Source: Squalus acanthias (lineage: Eukaryota). Taken from it: a stretch of DNA of 64,000 bases. The notes beneath the pieces are model-generated. The model did not search any database and was not told the DNA's origin. It saw only the letters and a list, made by a program, of their open reading frames with translations. Made by a program: the position numbers and the translations under genes. Position 1 is the stretch's first letter. Every line of letters starts with the position of its first letter. Positions 46,967 to 60,684 of the stretch are shown here, in pieces. The stretch covers positions 145,082,001 to 145,146,000 of the forward strand of contig CM059431.1 in assembly GCA_030390025.1 (NCBI GenBank), read 5' to 3'.

Positions 46967-49900
46967 TGACGTAATAAAGATCACTACGCACTCGGTTGAA
47001 CATAAAGCAAGGCTTTAATCGACTTGTAACAAAGCATGGAGGTCTAGTTAGCAGTCACTAGCGTCCTGTTTCCAGATTGTCTCTGCCCAAGGTGGGCCCA
47101 CGCCCGAGTATTTAACTCCTCTGACGGCGCCCCAGCTGGCCTCCCAGTAGTACATCCCGAGTTACTTCTTGTAGAAGTTGCGATTAATGACATTCTTCCT
47201 CCCTAAAAGGTTTGGAAGTCCAGTCTTCCTTTAATGGACTAGGTGGACCAGAAATAGCCATAGTCATTTAGCTTTCCGCTTGTGACCAGAAGGTATGTCT
47301 CCCCGGACCGTGTCCTGGTCCCTGGATAGCTTGGCCCGTACCGGTAAGTCGGTAAAGTCCGCGTCATCTTGATCGCCCTGTGGAGGACTGGGAATATCAT
47401 GACTCCGAGTGCGGGTCCCCACAGGCAAAGAGCTGGCCTCATCCCAGGTCGTGGCTGGAGATTGTCCGGCGTCCTGGCTCGGGTGGCCATCCTACAGGGA
47501 GCGTCCGGCTCCCTGAGTTAATCCGGTAGCACTGCCAGCAGATCCCTCGAACTCCCAAGTGGGGCATCATTTTCATAGGGGTGCGAGGTGTTGACATCAT
47601 TGTCGTGCGATCCTTCATCATTCGGGCCCGGGTGACCGGTTGGGCAGGGAGCCAGATCTCTCAGTGAGACGGTGGCCTCCCAGCCATCAGGGTACCGTAC
47701 GTGCGCAAACGTGGGGTTTACCTGCGTTAACTCCACCTCGTCAACGAGAGGGTCGTATTTGGCATGCTGAAGAAACCCCCGGAGTAGCACAGGGACTGGA
47801 GCCACCACCATGACAGTAGAGACGTCCCATGTGTAGAGCGACGCCGGAATTTGAAGAATCGCTCCAAAGGCGGGACATTAGTAGATGTGGAGAGAAGAGA
47901 CCTGATAGAGTGTAACACGTCGGGGAGCACCGTTTCCCACTGCTGGTCCGGTAGGTTGCGTGCCCTCAGTGCCAGATGGACAGCGTTGCAGATGATGGCA
48001 TTGTATCGTTCAACCTGTCCGTTGCCGATTGGGTGATATGGTGTCGTCTTACTTGAGGCGATTCCCCGTTGGGAGAGATAACCTTTAAGTTCACTCGACA
48101 TAAAGGAGGGACCCTGATTGTGTGGATAAAATTTGCCATCCCGCAAAGGGAAAAGACCTGATCGAGGCATTTAATTACCGTAGAGGAAAGCATACTAGGA
48201 CAGGGGAAGGCGAAGGGAAAGCATGAATATACGTCTACCATTGTAAGTAGGTAGGTGTTCCGTGTCGACGAAGGCAATGGCCCTTTAAAGTCTATGCTGA
48301 GCCTCTGCATAGGCTGCATTGCATGTATGAGTAAGCCATCTGATCGGTGGAAGAATTGTGGTTGCAATTCTGCACAAATCCTACAGCAGGAGCATGTTTT
48401 CTTTACGTCCTCCGTTGAGAATGGTAGATTTTTGGAGCACACAAAGTGCAACATGCGGGTCACGCCAGGATGGCATAAGTCCATATGCAAATCCACCAGA
48501 GTCGACGTTGACATTGAAGAGCAAAATGCCCGTGTGAAGGTATCTGGGGCCACATTATGTTTGCCGGGTCGGTAATGGATAGTATATCCAAAGGCGGCCA
48601 GCTCCATCCTCCAGAGTAGAATTTTATTATTTTTGATTTTCGTGCGCTTCCGGTTATCCAACATGAAGGCCACGGAGTGCTGTTCAGTTATAAGCCTAAA
48701 ATGACGCCAAGCAAGAAAATTACCCCATTGGCGTACAGCTTCGATGATGGCCGTAGCCTCCTTCTCGACGGGGGGGGGGGGGGGTGCGGGGGGCCGGTAA
48801 TGGGTAATGGAGCTCGCTACCCTGCAAGGTTCTGGATAGGAATGCCACGGGTCGGCCACCTTGATTCAAGGTAGCCGAGATCGCCACCTCCGATGCATCG
48901 CATGCGACCACAAAAGGAAGGTTTTCATCAATGGAGCGAAGCGTAGCTTTCTCCAGCTGTCGTTTGAGGAGGTTGAAGGCAGAAATAGCCGTAGCTTCCA
49001 ATGCAAAAGACTTCGCATGGAGCAGGGGCTGAATTTTATCGGAGAAGTGTGGTATCCACTTTGCGTAATAAGCAAACATGCCAAGTGCCCGACGAAGAGA
49101 GCTGAGGTTCGTAGTTGGAGGGAGCTCCTGAAGTGGATGAAGTCGCTCTGGGTCCGGTTTAATAACACCATTGCCTACCCAATAGCCAAGAATGTTCACT
49201 GATGGCACCGATTTCACTGATTTGGATTCGTTTAACGTTAAGTGGCGACGACAGAGAACATCAAAAAATCTCTGAAGATTGGCGTCATGCTCCTTTTGAT
49301 CATGGCCGGCAATAGTGATATTGTCTAAATACGGAAAGGTATCCATCAAGTTCTGTTGCCGGACTAGGCCATCCATTGCCCGTTGGAAGACGGCCACCCC
49401 ATTGGTGACCCCGAATGAAAGGCGGTGAAATTGAAAAAGCCGACCATTGGTCTCAAAGGCCGTATACTTCTTGTTGGAGTCTTTCAGCAGCACCTGATGG
49501 TACACGCTTTTCAAATCGAAGGTCGAAAATACCTTGTACTTGGCAAGGTTGTTGACGATGTCATCTATGCGTGGTAGCGGGTAGGCAACCAGATAGATAT
49601 ATTGATTAATAGTCTGCGAATAATCGATACACAGACGTTTTTAATGTTGTTTTAAGGGATTTTTCACAATGACGACTTGAGCCCGCCAGGGAGATGAACA
49701 AGGCTCGAAAATACCGTCGACTAAAAGGCGAGAGATTTCTGCCTCGATAAATGCTCGATCGTCTTGGCTAAAGCGCTGCGATTTGGTGGCTATGGGTTTA
49801 CAGCGGGGGGAAGAGTGGCAAACAGGGAGGGTTCACCGAGTAAGGCCGCAGAGAGCGCACAACATGGCACCTTAGAAATGGTAAGCTCTGGCCTTGACCC

Positions 49901-51514
49901 TCGAAACTCAAAAGTGAGCCTCTTGTGCTGTTTCTGGAAGTCCTGTCCCAGAAGCACATCACTGCATAAGTTTTCGAGTACTCCGAGCCGGGTGGAGAGA
50001 TAACTGCGGCCATTGAGGATGAGGTTGACAAGACAGAAGCCAGAAGAATTGGTGGTCAGAGTCGTCAGAGCCATTGCAATCTCCCTGTCCGAGGGATAAA
50101 TGCGCAGTTTTAACCTGCTGACAGCCCGCTTACTAATGAAGCTGTCAGAGCTGCTAGAGTCGATTAGCGTGCTTAGAATGTACCCATTTACTGAAACCTT
50201 CGTGGCTGCATGGGACAAACTTTGGGGAAAAACAGCTGTGATAGGAGGAGGGGCAATTTTACTTTCGGCAGCTGTAGCCTTAACAATGGTTCTTGGGGGA
50301 TGAGCAGCTCCATAGATAGCAGCTGGGAAGCTAACAGGAGCTCTCGACCGGTATACTTTAGAGGAATGGCCTTTCTTGTTAGCAGAGGCCTGTGACTGGC
50401 ATACCTTGGAAAGGTGTCCTTTCTTGTTGCAATGATTGCAGGTCACATTACGAGCCGGGTAAAATTTTCTGTAATGGCACGCCCCTCCACAAAAGAAACA
50501 CATTCTTCCTGATTGCCAGGATGCTGCTAGGGCGGGGTTGTCATCAGCGAAGGCCTCTAGGGTAGGGTCGTCGTCCGTTAGAGTAGAGTCAACATCAGCG
50601 GGCGCATCCGCCCGAGACCTACCGAAAGACTGATTAAAGATGATAGCCGCCGCCCATGCACGTGGTGGGAGATACGTGTCTGCATTCTTCTTGGCCAAGT
50701 CCAGGGAACACGCCTGGTCATAAGCAGCCCGTAAATTGAGGGTTTTATTTTCCAGCAGGCGCTGACGTATAAAAGGGGACGCGATCCCATTGATAAAGGA
50801 ATCGCAGATCAGTTCCTCATGATACTGTTCAGCTGTAACCGCTTTAAGGTTACAATCCTTGCTGAGCCTGCGAAGTTTCTGGAGGAATTCATCGAGTGAT
50901 TCCCCAGGCTGCTGCCGCGTTGTGGCCAGAAGGTGTCGAGCAAAGATTTAATTCGGGGACTTGACATATAGCTGCTGTAAAATTCGGACAGCAGTGTCGT
51001 AGTCTATACAGTCCTCAATATAATCATACACATGAGGGGACACGTAGTTAAAAAGCATTCGTAACTTATTAGGGGCATCCGCCCTACATTCTACAAGAAA
51101 GTTGCTAAAGGTACGAAACCAATGCTTCCATACCTTCGCTGCCGCAGGTGCATTCGGGTCCAGGTCGAGACGAGCGGGTCTAAGGAGTTTTTCCATGATG
51201 GTTCAGTTTCTTGCCCTAGTTCCCTTCTGTGGTTCGAGTTGCAGCTGGTTGTTCCGAATCACCCAAAGCGTGGAGACGATGCAAGTCGATTAAATTGACG
51301 TAATAAAGACTCACTACGCACTCGGTTGAACATAAAGCAAGGCTTTAATCCACTTGTAACAAAGCATCGAGGTCTAGTTAGCAGTCTCTAGCTTCCTGTT
51401 TCCAGATTGTCTCTGCCCAAGGTGGGCCCACGCCCGAGTATTTATACTCCACGCACGGCGCCCCAGCTGGCCGCCCAGTCGTACTTCCTGAGTTACTTCT
51501 TGTAGAAGTTGCGA
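46967..51514 (-). mobile_element. Older Ty3/Gypsy (Mag-like) element, family B, decayed
   Basis: 3' LTR 46967-47192 (226 bp) with PPT at ~47193-47203. 5' LTR 51296-51514 lacks its outer 9 nt. gag-PR-RT-RH-IN is homologous to copy A but broken by stops and frameshifts. Confidence 0.93.
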
Positions 51515-52390
51515 CCTCGTCCTCGCCAATATACCTGTCGCAGATGCATCTGTCCATTACAGCACTGGTAGCAGTGACCACCGCACATTAATTTTGGTGA
51601 CGCAGTCCCGTCTTTCCACTGAGGACACCCTCCATCGTGTTGTGTGGCACTACCACCATACTAAATGGGATAGATTCAGAACAGATTTAGCAGCTCAAAA
51701 CTGGGCATCCATGATGCGCTGTGGGCCATTATCAGCAGCGGAATTGTATTCCATCACAATCAGTAAACACATGGCACGGCATATCCCTCACTCTACCATT
51801 ACCACCAAGCCAGAGGACCAACCCTGGTTCAAAAAGGAGTGTAGAAGAGCATGCCGGGAGCAGCAACAGGCGTACCTGAAAATGAGGTGCCAAACTGGGG
51901 AAGCTGGATCACAGGACTACATGCATGCTAAAAAGCGGAAGCATCATGCTGTAAACATGGATACGCGATCCCACAATCAATGGATCAGATCAAAGCTCTG
52001 CAATCCTAGTACTTTCCAGTCGTGAATGGTGGTGGACTATTAAACAACTAACGGGAGGAGGAAGCTCGATGAATATCCCTATCCTCAATGATGGTGGAGC
52101 CCAGCACGTGAGTGCAAAATACAAGGCTGAAGTGTTTACAACCAACTCCAGGCAGAAGTGCCGAGTGGATGATCCATATCGACCTACTCCCGAGGTCCCC
52201 ACCAGCACAGATTCCAGTCTTCAGCCAATTCGATTCACTCCACGTGATATCAAGAAACGGCTGAGCGCACTCTATACAGCAAAGGCTGTGGGCTCCGACA
52301 ACATCCCGGCTATTGTGCTGAAGACTTGAGCTCCAGAACTAGCCGAGCCTCTAGCAAAGCTGTTACAGTACAATTAAAACACTGGCGTCT
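51515..52390 (+). mobile_element. Non-CR1 LINE ORF2 fragment (probably the same type as 6180-7160)
   Basis: SDH motif, RVVWHY..WDRFRTDLAAQNW, QPWF..ECRRA and KAVGSDNIPAIVLK. Confidence 0.75.
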
Positions 52391-52394
52391 AGCA

Positions 52395-54385
52395 TATCCA
52401 AACCCGTCAAATCTTGAACACTTCTATCAAATCACCCCTCCACCGCAAATGATAACAAATCCAGCTTCTCCAACCGGTCCTTGTAACTAAGATTCCCCCA
52501 TCCCCGGAACCATTCTGGTTCATTTCCTCTGCACCCTCTCAAGGGCCTTCACATCCTTCCTAAAGTGTGGTGAACAGACCTGGAGGCAATACTCCAGTTG
52601 TGGCCTAACCAGAGGTTTATGAAGGTTCAGCATATCTTATCTATTTTTGTACTCAATACCTCTATTTATGAAGGCCAAGATCCCATCTGCTTTGTTAACC
52701 AGTCTCTCAATATGTTCTGCCAGCTTCAGGGACCTATGCACATTAACGCCCAGGTGCCTCTCTCCCTGCACAATCTTTAAAACTTTGCCATTAAGTGTAT
52801 TTTGCCTCCCCCTGTTCCTTCTGCCTTCTGTATTGAATTCCATCTGCCACTTGTCTTCCCATTCTGCTAGAATTTCTATGTCCTCTTGCATTCGATTGGT
52901 ATCATCATCACTGTTTGCAACACACCAAAGGTTGGTGTCATCGGCAAATTTAGAAATTCTATTCTTTATTCCAATATCCAGGTTATTTATATATATCAAA
53001 AAAGCAGTGAACGTAAGAACATAAGAAACAGGAGCAGGTGTAGGGCAATCGGCGCCTCGAGCCTGCTCCACCATTCAATAAGATCATGGCTGATTCAATC
53101 TTGGCCTCATCACCACTTTCCCGCTCTCTCCCCATACCCCCTGACTCCATTGTAGTTCAAATATCTATCAATCTCCGCCTTGAATATATTGAGTTTCTTC
53201 GCCTCCACTGCTCTCTGGGGTAGAGAATTCCAAAGATTCACGACCGTCTGAGAGAATAAATTCCTCCTCATCTCCGTCTTAAATGTGCGACCCCTTATTC
53301 TGAAACTATGCCCGTTCATTACAGTGGCCCCAGCACTGACCCTTGGGGAACCCCACTGTCTACCATTCTGCAGTCTGAAAAACAGCCATTTACCACAACT
53401 CGCGGTTTTCTGTCCTTAAGCCAATTTCTTATCCAAGCTGCCACTGACCCACCTATTCCATGAGCCTCAATTTTGTTAACCAGCCTTCTATGTGGTATTT
53501 TATCAAATGCCTTCCGAAAACACATGTAGAAATCATCCATTGCAATCCCTTCATCAATCCTATCTGTTACTTCATCAAAGAAATCAATTAGATTAGTCAA
53601 ACACGATCTGCCTTTTACAAATCCGTGTTGGCTTTCCTTAATTAGCTTAAACCTCTCCAAGTGCCCGTTAGTTTTTTTCCTTGATTACTGTAACTAAAGC
53701 TTTAGTCAACACTGATTTTAAACTGACCGGCCTGTAGATATTGTGGTGTCCTTATACCCTTTCTTGAACAATGGTGTCACATTTGCCCGTTTCCAATCCT
53801 AAGGCACCACCCCCGCATCTAGGGAAGATTGGAAAATTATGGCAAGCCATTCCGCTATCTCCTCCCCCAAATCCCTTAGCAACCTGGGATGCAAGCCATC
53901 TGGAACAGGCGACTTGTCCACTCTCAGCATACCCAGCCTTTCTAGTACATCCTGTCTCTCAATTTGTAACCCCATCCTTTGCTTCCTTTCCACTTTTACC
54001 GATGTTTTATAAGCATCCACCTCCTCAGTAAACACCGATACAAAGAACTCATTGATTATTCTAGCCTTGCCCTGCGCCTCATAGCATATATCACCTTCTT
54101 TATCTCTAATAGTCCCCACCCAACCTCTTACTACCCGCTTACTGTTTACATGCCGGTAGAATATTTTGTGTTCCCTTTTATGTTTACCGCCATGCTGCTC
54201 TCATATTCTCTCTTTGCCAAACTTATTTTCATCTTTCACATACCCTCTCAATTTATTGTATTTGATCTGGTTCTCCCTAGAAGAATTCACCTGACAAACA
54301 CCCTCTTTATTTGTTTCGTCATCTGCTCTATCTCTCACGTCATCCAAGAACCCCTTTCTTTGGTTACCTTACCCTACCCTTTCGT
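52395..54385 (-). mobile_element. CR1 ORF2 fragment with a nested CR1 3' end (~53010-53318)
   Basis: [33 protein letters not shown] and INRGIEYK motifs. Confidence 0.88.
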
Positions 54386-55815
54386 CATAGAATCTGAGGA
54401 TCATAGAATATTGCAGCACAGAATAAGGACATTCTGCCCATCCTGCCTGTGCCAGCTATTAGAAAGAAATGTCCAATTTAGTCCCACACCCCAGCTTTTT
54501 CCCCATATCCCTGCTAAATAAATCTCTTCAAATACATGTCTAATTGCCGTTTGAAAGTTCCTATGGAATCTGATGCCAACATCCTTTCAGGGAATGTGTT
54601 CCAGATCTAAACAATACTCTTTGTGAAAACATTCTCCTAATGTCCCCTCTAGTTCTTTTGCCAATTTGTAAAAATCTATGACCTCTGGTTTTCGATCCAC
54701 TCGGCAGAGAAAATAGGTTCTCGATACTTTCTCTTGTCCATGGAGATTGTCCATGTTCTGAGATGAATGAAGACGCAGTGTGAGGTGACAGAAAGGCCAA
54801 TAAGTTCCACTTGTAGAGCCGAACTGTGTAACTCAGTGAGGACAAGACATTCCCCGGAGTGGAACCGGGAGAATCTGCAGGGCGTTGACATCATTCTGGG
54901 GAGTCCGCTCTCTTTCCACAGGCACGTTGGGCCAAATGGGCTCCTTCTGTGCTGTATCATTCTATTATTCCATGAATCCGTGGCACCGACAAAGTTATCT
55001 CTGGCACTTTCGTTGAGTATATTCAAGGCTTAGATAGATAGACTTTTGAACTCTAGCCGAATCAAGGAATATGGGAATCGGGCGAGCAGGTGGAGTTGAG
55101 GTAGAGGGTCGTCCATTATATTATTGAATGGCGGAGCAGGCTCGAGGTGCCGTATGGCCTGGAGCGGGGAGGTTTGCTAATGCTGTTGGGAGTGTTTAAA
55201 CTAGCTTGGCAGGAGAATGGGCACCAGCATATAGACGTAGAAAAAATAAATACGGTGCATAAAAGAGTGAGTGTGTTGGATAGTGCAAGAGAGGAATGTA
55301 GTATCAGAGCCGGATGTAGTACAATATTCGACAGGAGCAGACTAAGAAAGACTGCGAAAAAATCAAAAATGGGTTTAGAATGCATGTACGTAAACGCACA
55401 AAGTGTGGTGAATATGGTTACTGAGCTGCAAACTAAATTTAACGTGTGTCAATATAATGTCGTGGCATTAACGGAAACGTGGCTTAAAATGGTGAGGAAT
55501 GGGGGCTTAATATTCAAGAGTACAAGGTGTTCAGAAAATATAGGGAAGGATAAAAGGGAGGTGGGGTGACATTGCTGATTAAGGAAGACATTGTAGTGTT
55601 GGAAATGGAACATATTCTTGAGGGGACAAGGACAGAATCCATTTGTTTAGAGTTGAGGAACAAAATGGTTATTCTCACGCTATTGGGGGTTTTCTATAGG
55701 CCTCCAAATAGTGTGAGGGAGGTAGAGGAGCAAATCTGAAGGGAAATCGCAGAAATATGCAGGAGCTATAGAGTGGTGATATTGGGGGACTTTAATTAAC
55801 GAAATATCAATTGGG

Positions 55816-57151
55816 ATAAGAATATAAGAAATAGGAGCAGGAATAGGCCACTTGGCCGCTCGAGCTTGCACCGCCATACAATAAGATCATGGCTGAACAT
55901 TGAATCAAAGCCACCTCCCTTCCCAGTCCCCATAACCATTCACTCCCTTATCTTACAAAAATCTGTCTATCTCCACCTTAAATGTATATAATGACCCAGC
56001 CTCCACGGCTCTCTGGGGCAGAGAATTCCACAGATTTACGACCCTCTGAAAGAAGAAATTCCTCCTCATCTCAGTTATAAAAGGACGACCCTTTATTCTG
56101 AAACTTTGCCCCCGAGTTGTAGATTTCCCCACGAGGAGAAACATCCTCTCTGCATCTACCTTGTCGAGCCCCCTCAGTATCTTATATGTTTCAATAAGAT
56201 CACCTCTCATTCTTCTAAATTCCAATGAGTTTAGGCACAACCTGCTCAACCTTTCTTCATAAGTCAACCCTCTCATCTCTGGAATTAACCTAGTGAATCG
56301 TCTCTGAACTGCCTCCAATGGACGTGTATATTTCCTTAAATATGGAACCAAAACTGTATGCAGTACTCAAGGTGTGATCTCACCAATACCTTGTATAGAT
56401 GCAGCAGGACTTCCCTGCCTTTATACTCCAACCCCCTTGCAATAAAGGCCAACCTTCCTTTTGCCTTTTTGCTTACTTGCTGTACCTGCATGCTAACTTT
56501 TTGTGTTTCATGCACAATGACCCCCAGGTCCCTCTGAACTGTAGCATTATGTAATCTCTCTCCATTTAAATAATAATTTGCTTTTTTATTTTTCCTGCCA
56601 AAGTGGATAACCTCGCACTTTCCCACATTATACTCCGTCTGCCAAATGTTTGCCCACTCACTTAGCCTGTCTATATCCCATTGCAGATTCTTTGAGTCCT
56701 CTGCACAACTTGCTTTCCCACCCATCATTGTATCATCCGCAAATTTGGCTACATTACTCTCGGTCCCTTCATCCATGTCATTAATGTAGATTTAAGTAGT
56801 TGAGTCCCAAGCAGCGATCCTTGTGGCACCCCACTAGTTACCGTTTGCCAACCGGAAAATGACCCATTCATCCCGACTCTCTGCTTTCTGTTAGTTCGCT
56901 AATTCTCTATCCATGCTAATATATTACCTCCAACTCCGTGAGCTCTTACCTTATGCAGTAACCTTCTATGTGGCACCTTATCGAATGCCTTCTGGAAATC
57001 CAAATACACCACATCCACTGGCACACCTTTATCTACACTGCTCGTTACAAAGTCAAAGAACTCCAGCAAATTTGTTAAACATGATTTCTCCTTCATAAAA
57101 CCATGCTGACTCTGCTTGATTGCATTATGATATTACAAATGCCCTGCTGCC
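55816..57151 (-). mobile_element. Nested CR1 3' fragment
   Basis: ORFs 55953-57096 carry RT C-terminal motifs; tail at ~55816. Confidence 0.88.
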
Positions 57152-58205
57152 ATTAGGGTAATGCTAGGGTAAAAGGAAAAAGGGGTAGACATTTTTTAAA
57201 TGTGCTCAGTAGAATTTCCTTGACAAATATGTTCTTGCACCAACTAGGAAGGAGGCATTGCTGAATCTGGTGCTGGGGAATTAGGTGGGCCAGGTCGACC
57301 AAGTTTCTGTGGGTGAACCCTTCGGTGTGAGTGATCATCGTAACATAAGATTTAGATTAACAATGATGAGGATCAAGGAACAACCTGGAGCTCTAAATCT
57401 AAACTGGAATAGAGCTAACTTCAATGGGATGCGAAAGGATGTGGCAAAATTAAAATGGAACCAAAGTCTTAGAGGAACAACTGTAATGGAACAATGGATG
57501 ATCATTAAGGATGAGACGTTGCAAGTACAGTCTAGGAACATTCCAACAAGAGGGAAGGGAAAAGGAAACAAAGTAGGGGCTCCTTGGATGACGAGGGAGA
57601 TAGCGAAGATGATGAAACAAAAAAGAGGGTGCATGATGCATGTCAGGTGAATTCTTCAAGGGAGAACCAGACCAAATACAATAAGTTGAGAGGGGAAGTG
57701 AAGATGAAAACAAGATTGGCAAAGAGAGAATATGAGAGTAGAATTCCGGTTAACATACAAGGGAACCCAAAAAACTTCTACCGGCATGTAAACAGTAAGC
57801 GGGCAGTAAGGGGCAGGGTGGGGCCTATTAGGGACAACAAAATGTGATATATGCTTAGAGGTGCAGGGCGTTAGAACACTCAATGAGAACTTTGTATCGG
57901 AGTTTACTAAGGAGGTGGATGCTGAAAAATATCTGTAGAATTGGACAAGCTGGAAGCAATGGAAGGGGTGAAAATTGACAGAGAGCATGTACTAGAAAGG
58001 CTCGGTATGCTTAGAGTATATAAGTCACCTGGTCCAGATGGCTGCGATCCCAGGTTGCGAAGTGAATTGTGAGAGGAGATAGTGAATAGGCTTGCCAGAA
58101 TTTTCCAATCTTCCCTAGATGCGGGGGAGGTGCCTGAGGATTGGAAAGTGGCAAATGTGACACCATTGTTCAAGAAAGGGTATAAGGACAATCTAGTAAC
58201 TACAG

Positions 58206-58318
58206 AAATAAAAACTGAAAATGCGTTAAATACTCAGCAGGTCAGACAGCATCTGTGAAGAGGCAAACAGAGTTACCGTTTCAGATTTCCAGAATCCACA
58301 GTATTTTGCTTTTGTAAT
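58206..58318. mobile_element. Penelope pLTR mini-insertion with internal inversion (family of 4236/9078)
   Basis: TSD GTAACTACAG at 58196-58205 and 58319-58328. Two oppositely oriented pLTR pieces, with only the GAAAC half of the hammerhead. Confidence 0.8.
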
Positions 58319-60684
58319 GTAACTACAGGCGGGTCAGTTTAACATCAGTGGTGAGTAACATTTTAGAAACAATCATCAAGGAAAAAATTAACGGGCACTT
58401 GGAGAGGTTTAAGCTAATTGAGGAGAACCAACATGGATTTCTAAAAGGCAGATCGTGTTTGACTAATCTAATTGAATTTTTTGATGAAATAACAGAGAGG
58501 ATTGATGAAGGGAATGCAATGGATGTTATCTACATGAATTTTCCGAAGGCGTTGGGCAAAGTAACACATAGAACGCTGGTTAACAAATTTGAGGTTCATG
58601 GAATAGATGGGTCAGCAGCTTTGGTAATGAATTGGCTTAAGGACAGAAAACAGCGAGTTGTGTTAAATGGCTGTTTTTCAGGTTGGAGGATGGTAGACAA
58701 TGGTGTTCTCCAAGGGTCGGTGCTGGGGCCACTGCTTTTTTGATATATATATAAATGACCTGGATATTGGAATACAGAGTAGAATTTCTAAATTTGCCGA
58801 TGACACCAAACTTAGAGGATGAATCTGCAACAGGACATAGAAAGGCTAGCATAATGGGCAGACAAGTAGCAGGTACAATTTAATACAGGGAATTGTGAGG
58901 TGAAGCATTTTGGCAGAAGGAACAAGGAGAAGCAATATACACGGAATAGCACAGATTTAAAGAGCGTGCAGAGAAAGAGGTACCTGGGAGTTGTTGTGCA
59001 TAGATCCCTGAAGGTGGCAGGACATATTGAGAGAATTTTTCGCAAAGCATATGGAATCTTGGGCTTTATAAATAGAGGTATTGAGTACAAAAGTAGAGAA
59101 GTTGTGCTGAACATTTATAAAGTGCTGGTTAAGCCACAACTGGAGTATTGCGTCCAGGTATAGTCACCAAACATTAGGAAGGATGTGAAGGCCCTTGAGA
59201 GGGTGCAGAGGAGATTTTCAGAACAGTTCCGTGGTTGGTGGATCTTAGCTATATGGACTGTTGGGAGAAAGTGCACTTGTTTTCATTAGAGCAAAGGAAG
59301 TTGAGGGACGATTTGATAGAGGTGTACAAGATTATGAAGGGTTTGGATAGGCAAGATAGGGAAAGGCTGATCCCACTAATTGGTGGAACAAGGACAAGGG
59401 GACACAGATTTAAGGTTTTGGGCAAGAGATACAGGGAGGACGTGAGGAAAAACTTTTTTACGCAGCGAGTGGTGAGGTCGTGGAATTCAGTGCTGTCGGA
59501 AGTGGTGGAAGTGGAGACACACAATATTTTCAAAGGGAGACTGTCTAGGCACTTGAGTGAAATAAACTTGCAGGGCTACAGGGATAGAGCGGGGGAATGG
59601 GACTGACAGGATTGCTCTACAGAGAGCCGGCACGGACTCGATGGGCCGAATGGCCATCTTCTGTGCCGTATGAGTCTATGAATATGACTCAATGACTCTA
59701 TGACTCTTTGACTCCTGCTCCTTATTCTTATGTTCTTATGTAGCGTAGGGTTACCATCAGAAATGTTAAAGTGTCGTTATTACCTCTAATGTTAGTGTAG
59801 AGACATCAATAATAATGTTAGAATAGGGTTACTACTAAAAATGTAAAAGTTGACTGAGCACCAGTAATGGTAGTGTAGACTCGCCATCGGAAGGTTACAG
59901 TTCGGTCACCGCAAGTTATGTTAGATCAAGGTCACCACCAATGACATTAGAATATAGTCACCTGCAGCAAAGTTAGAGTGGGGTCACTACCAGTAACGCT
60001 AGAGTATAGTCCTCACCAGTAGAATAACAACCAGCAATGCTAACATAGAGTCCGCAAAACATATGTCAGTGTACGGCCATTACCATTAATGTTATGTAGG
60101 GGGATTACCAGCAAATTTCCAATAAGGCTACCACCAGTAATGTTCGATTAGGGTCACTACCAGTAATGGTTGAGTAGGGTCACCACCAGTAATGGTAGAC
60201 TAGAGTCACCATCAATAATGTTAGAGTAGAGTCACCACCAGTAATGTTAGAGTTGGGTCACCACCAGTAATGTTAGAGTAGTTTCACCACCAGAAATGTA
60301 AGTGTAGAGTCACCACCAGTAATGTTAGAGTAGAGTCACCACCAGTAATGTTAGAGTACTTTCACCACCAGTAATGTTACAGTCGGGTCACCATCATTTC
60401 TTTTAGAGTAGAGTCACTAGCAGTAATGTCGTAAGAATGAGCCTTACGTGTGGTGAACTTAAAGTAAGCTTTAATCAACTAAAAAGGTGCTACATACAAA
60501 AGAGGTCTTACTCTATGCCTCTCCAGGATCCAACTGATCAGCCCAGTATTTATCCTGGACTAATCACAGGAAGTGATGTAATAAAGTTCGAGTCACAGGA
60601 AGCTGTATTGTGTTACCACATTCTCCCCCCCCCAAAAGATTAGGAGGCCGGGATGAAGTTCGAGTCACAGGAAGCTGTATTGTG

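Larger units (their letters stand above)
55150..59740 (+). mobile_element. Long CR1 (EN start to 3' tail), interrupted by nested insertions
   Basis: CMYVNAQS..ALTETWL, SDHRNIRF and RT motifs, then a 3' microsatellite tail (ATGACTCT)n. Confidence 0.88.

Noticed and set aside
48769..48810. Proline-rich insert in family B RNase H
   Set aside because: A G-run expansion with a small local duplication causing a frameshift; decay or homopolymer error.
59745..60426. CRISPR-like appearance of short repeats
   Set aside because: Head-to-tail units without unique spacers, no cas genes, and a eukaryotic context.
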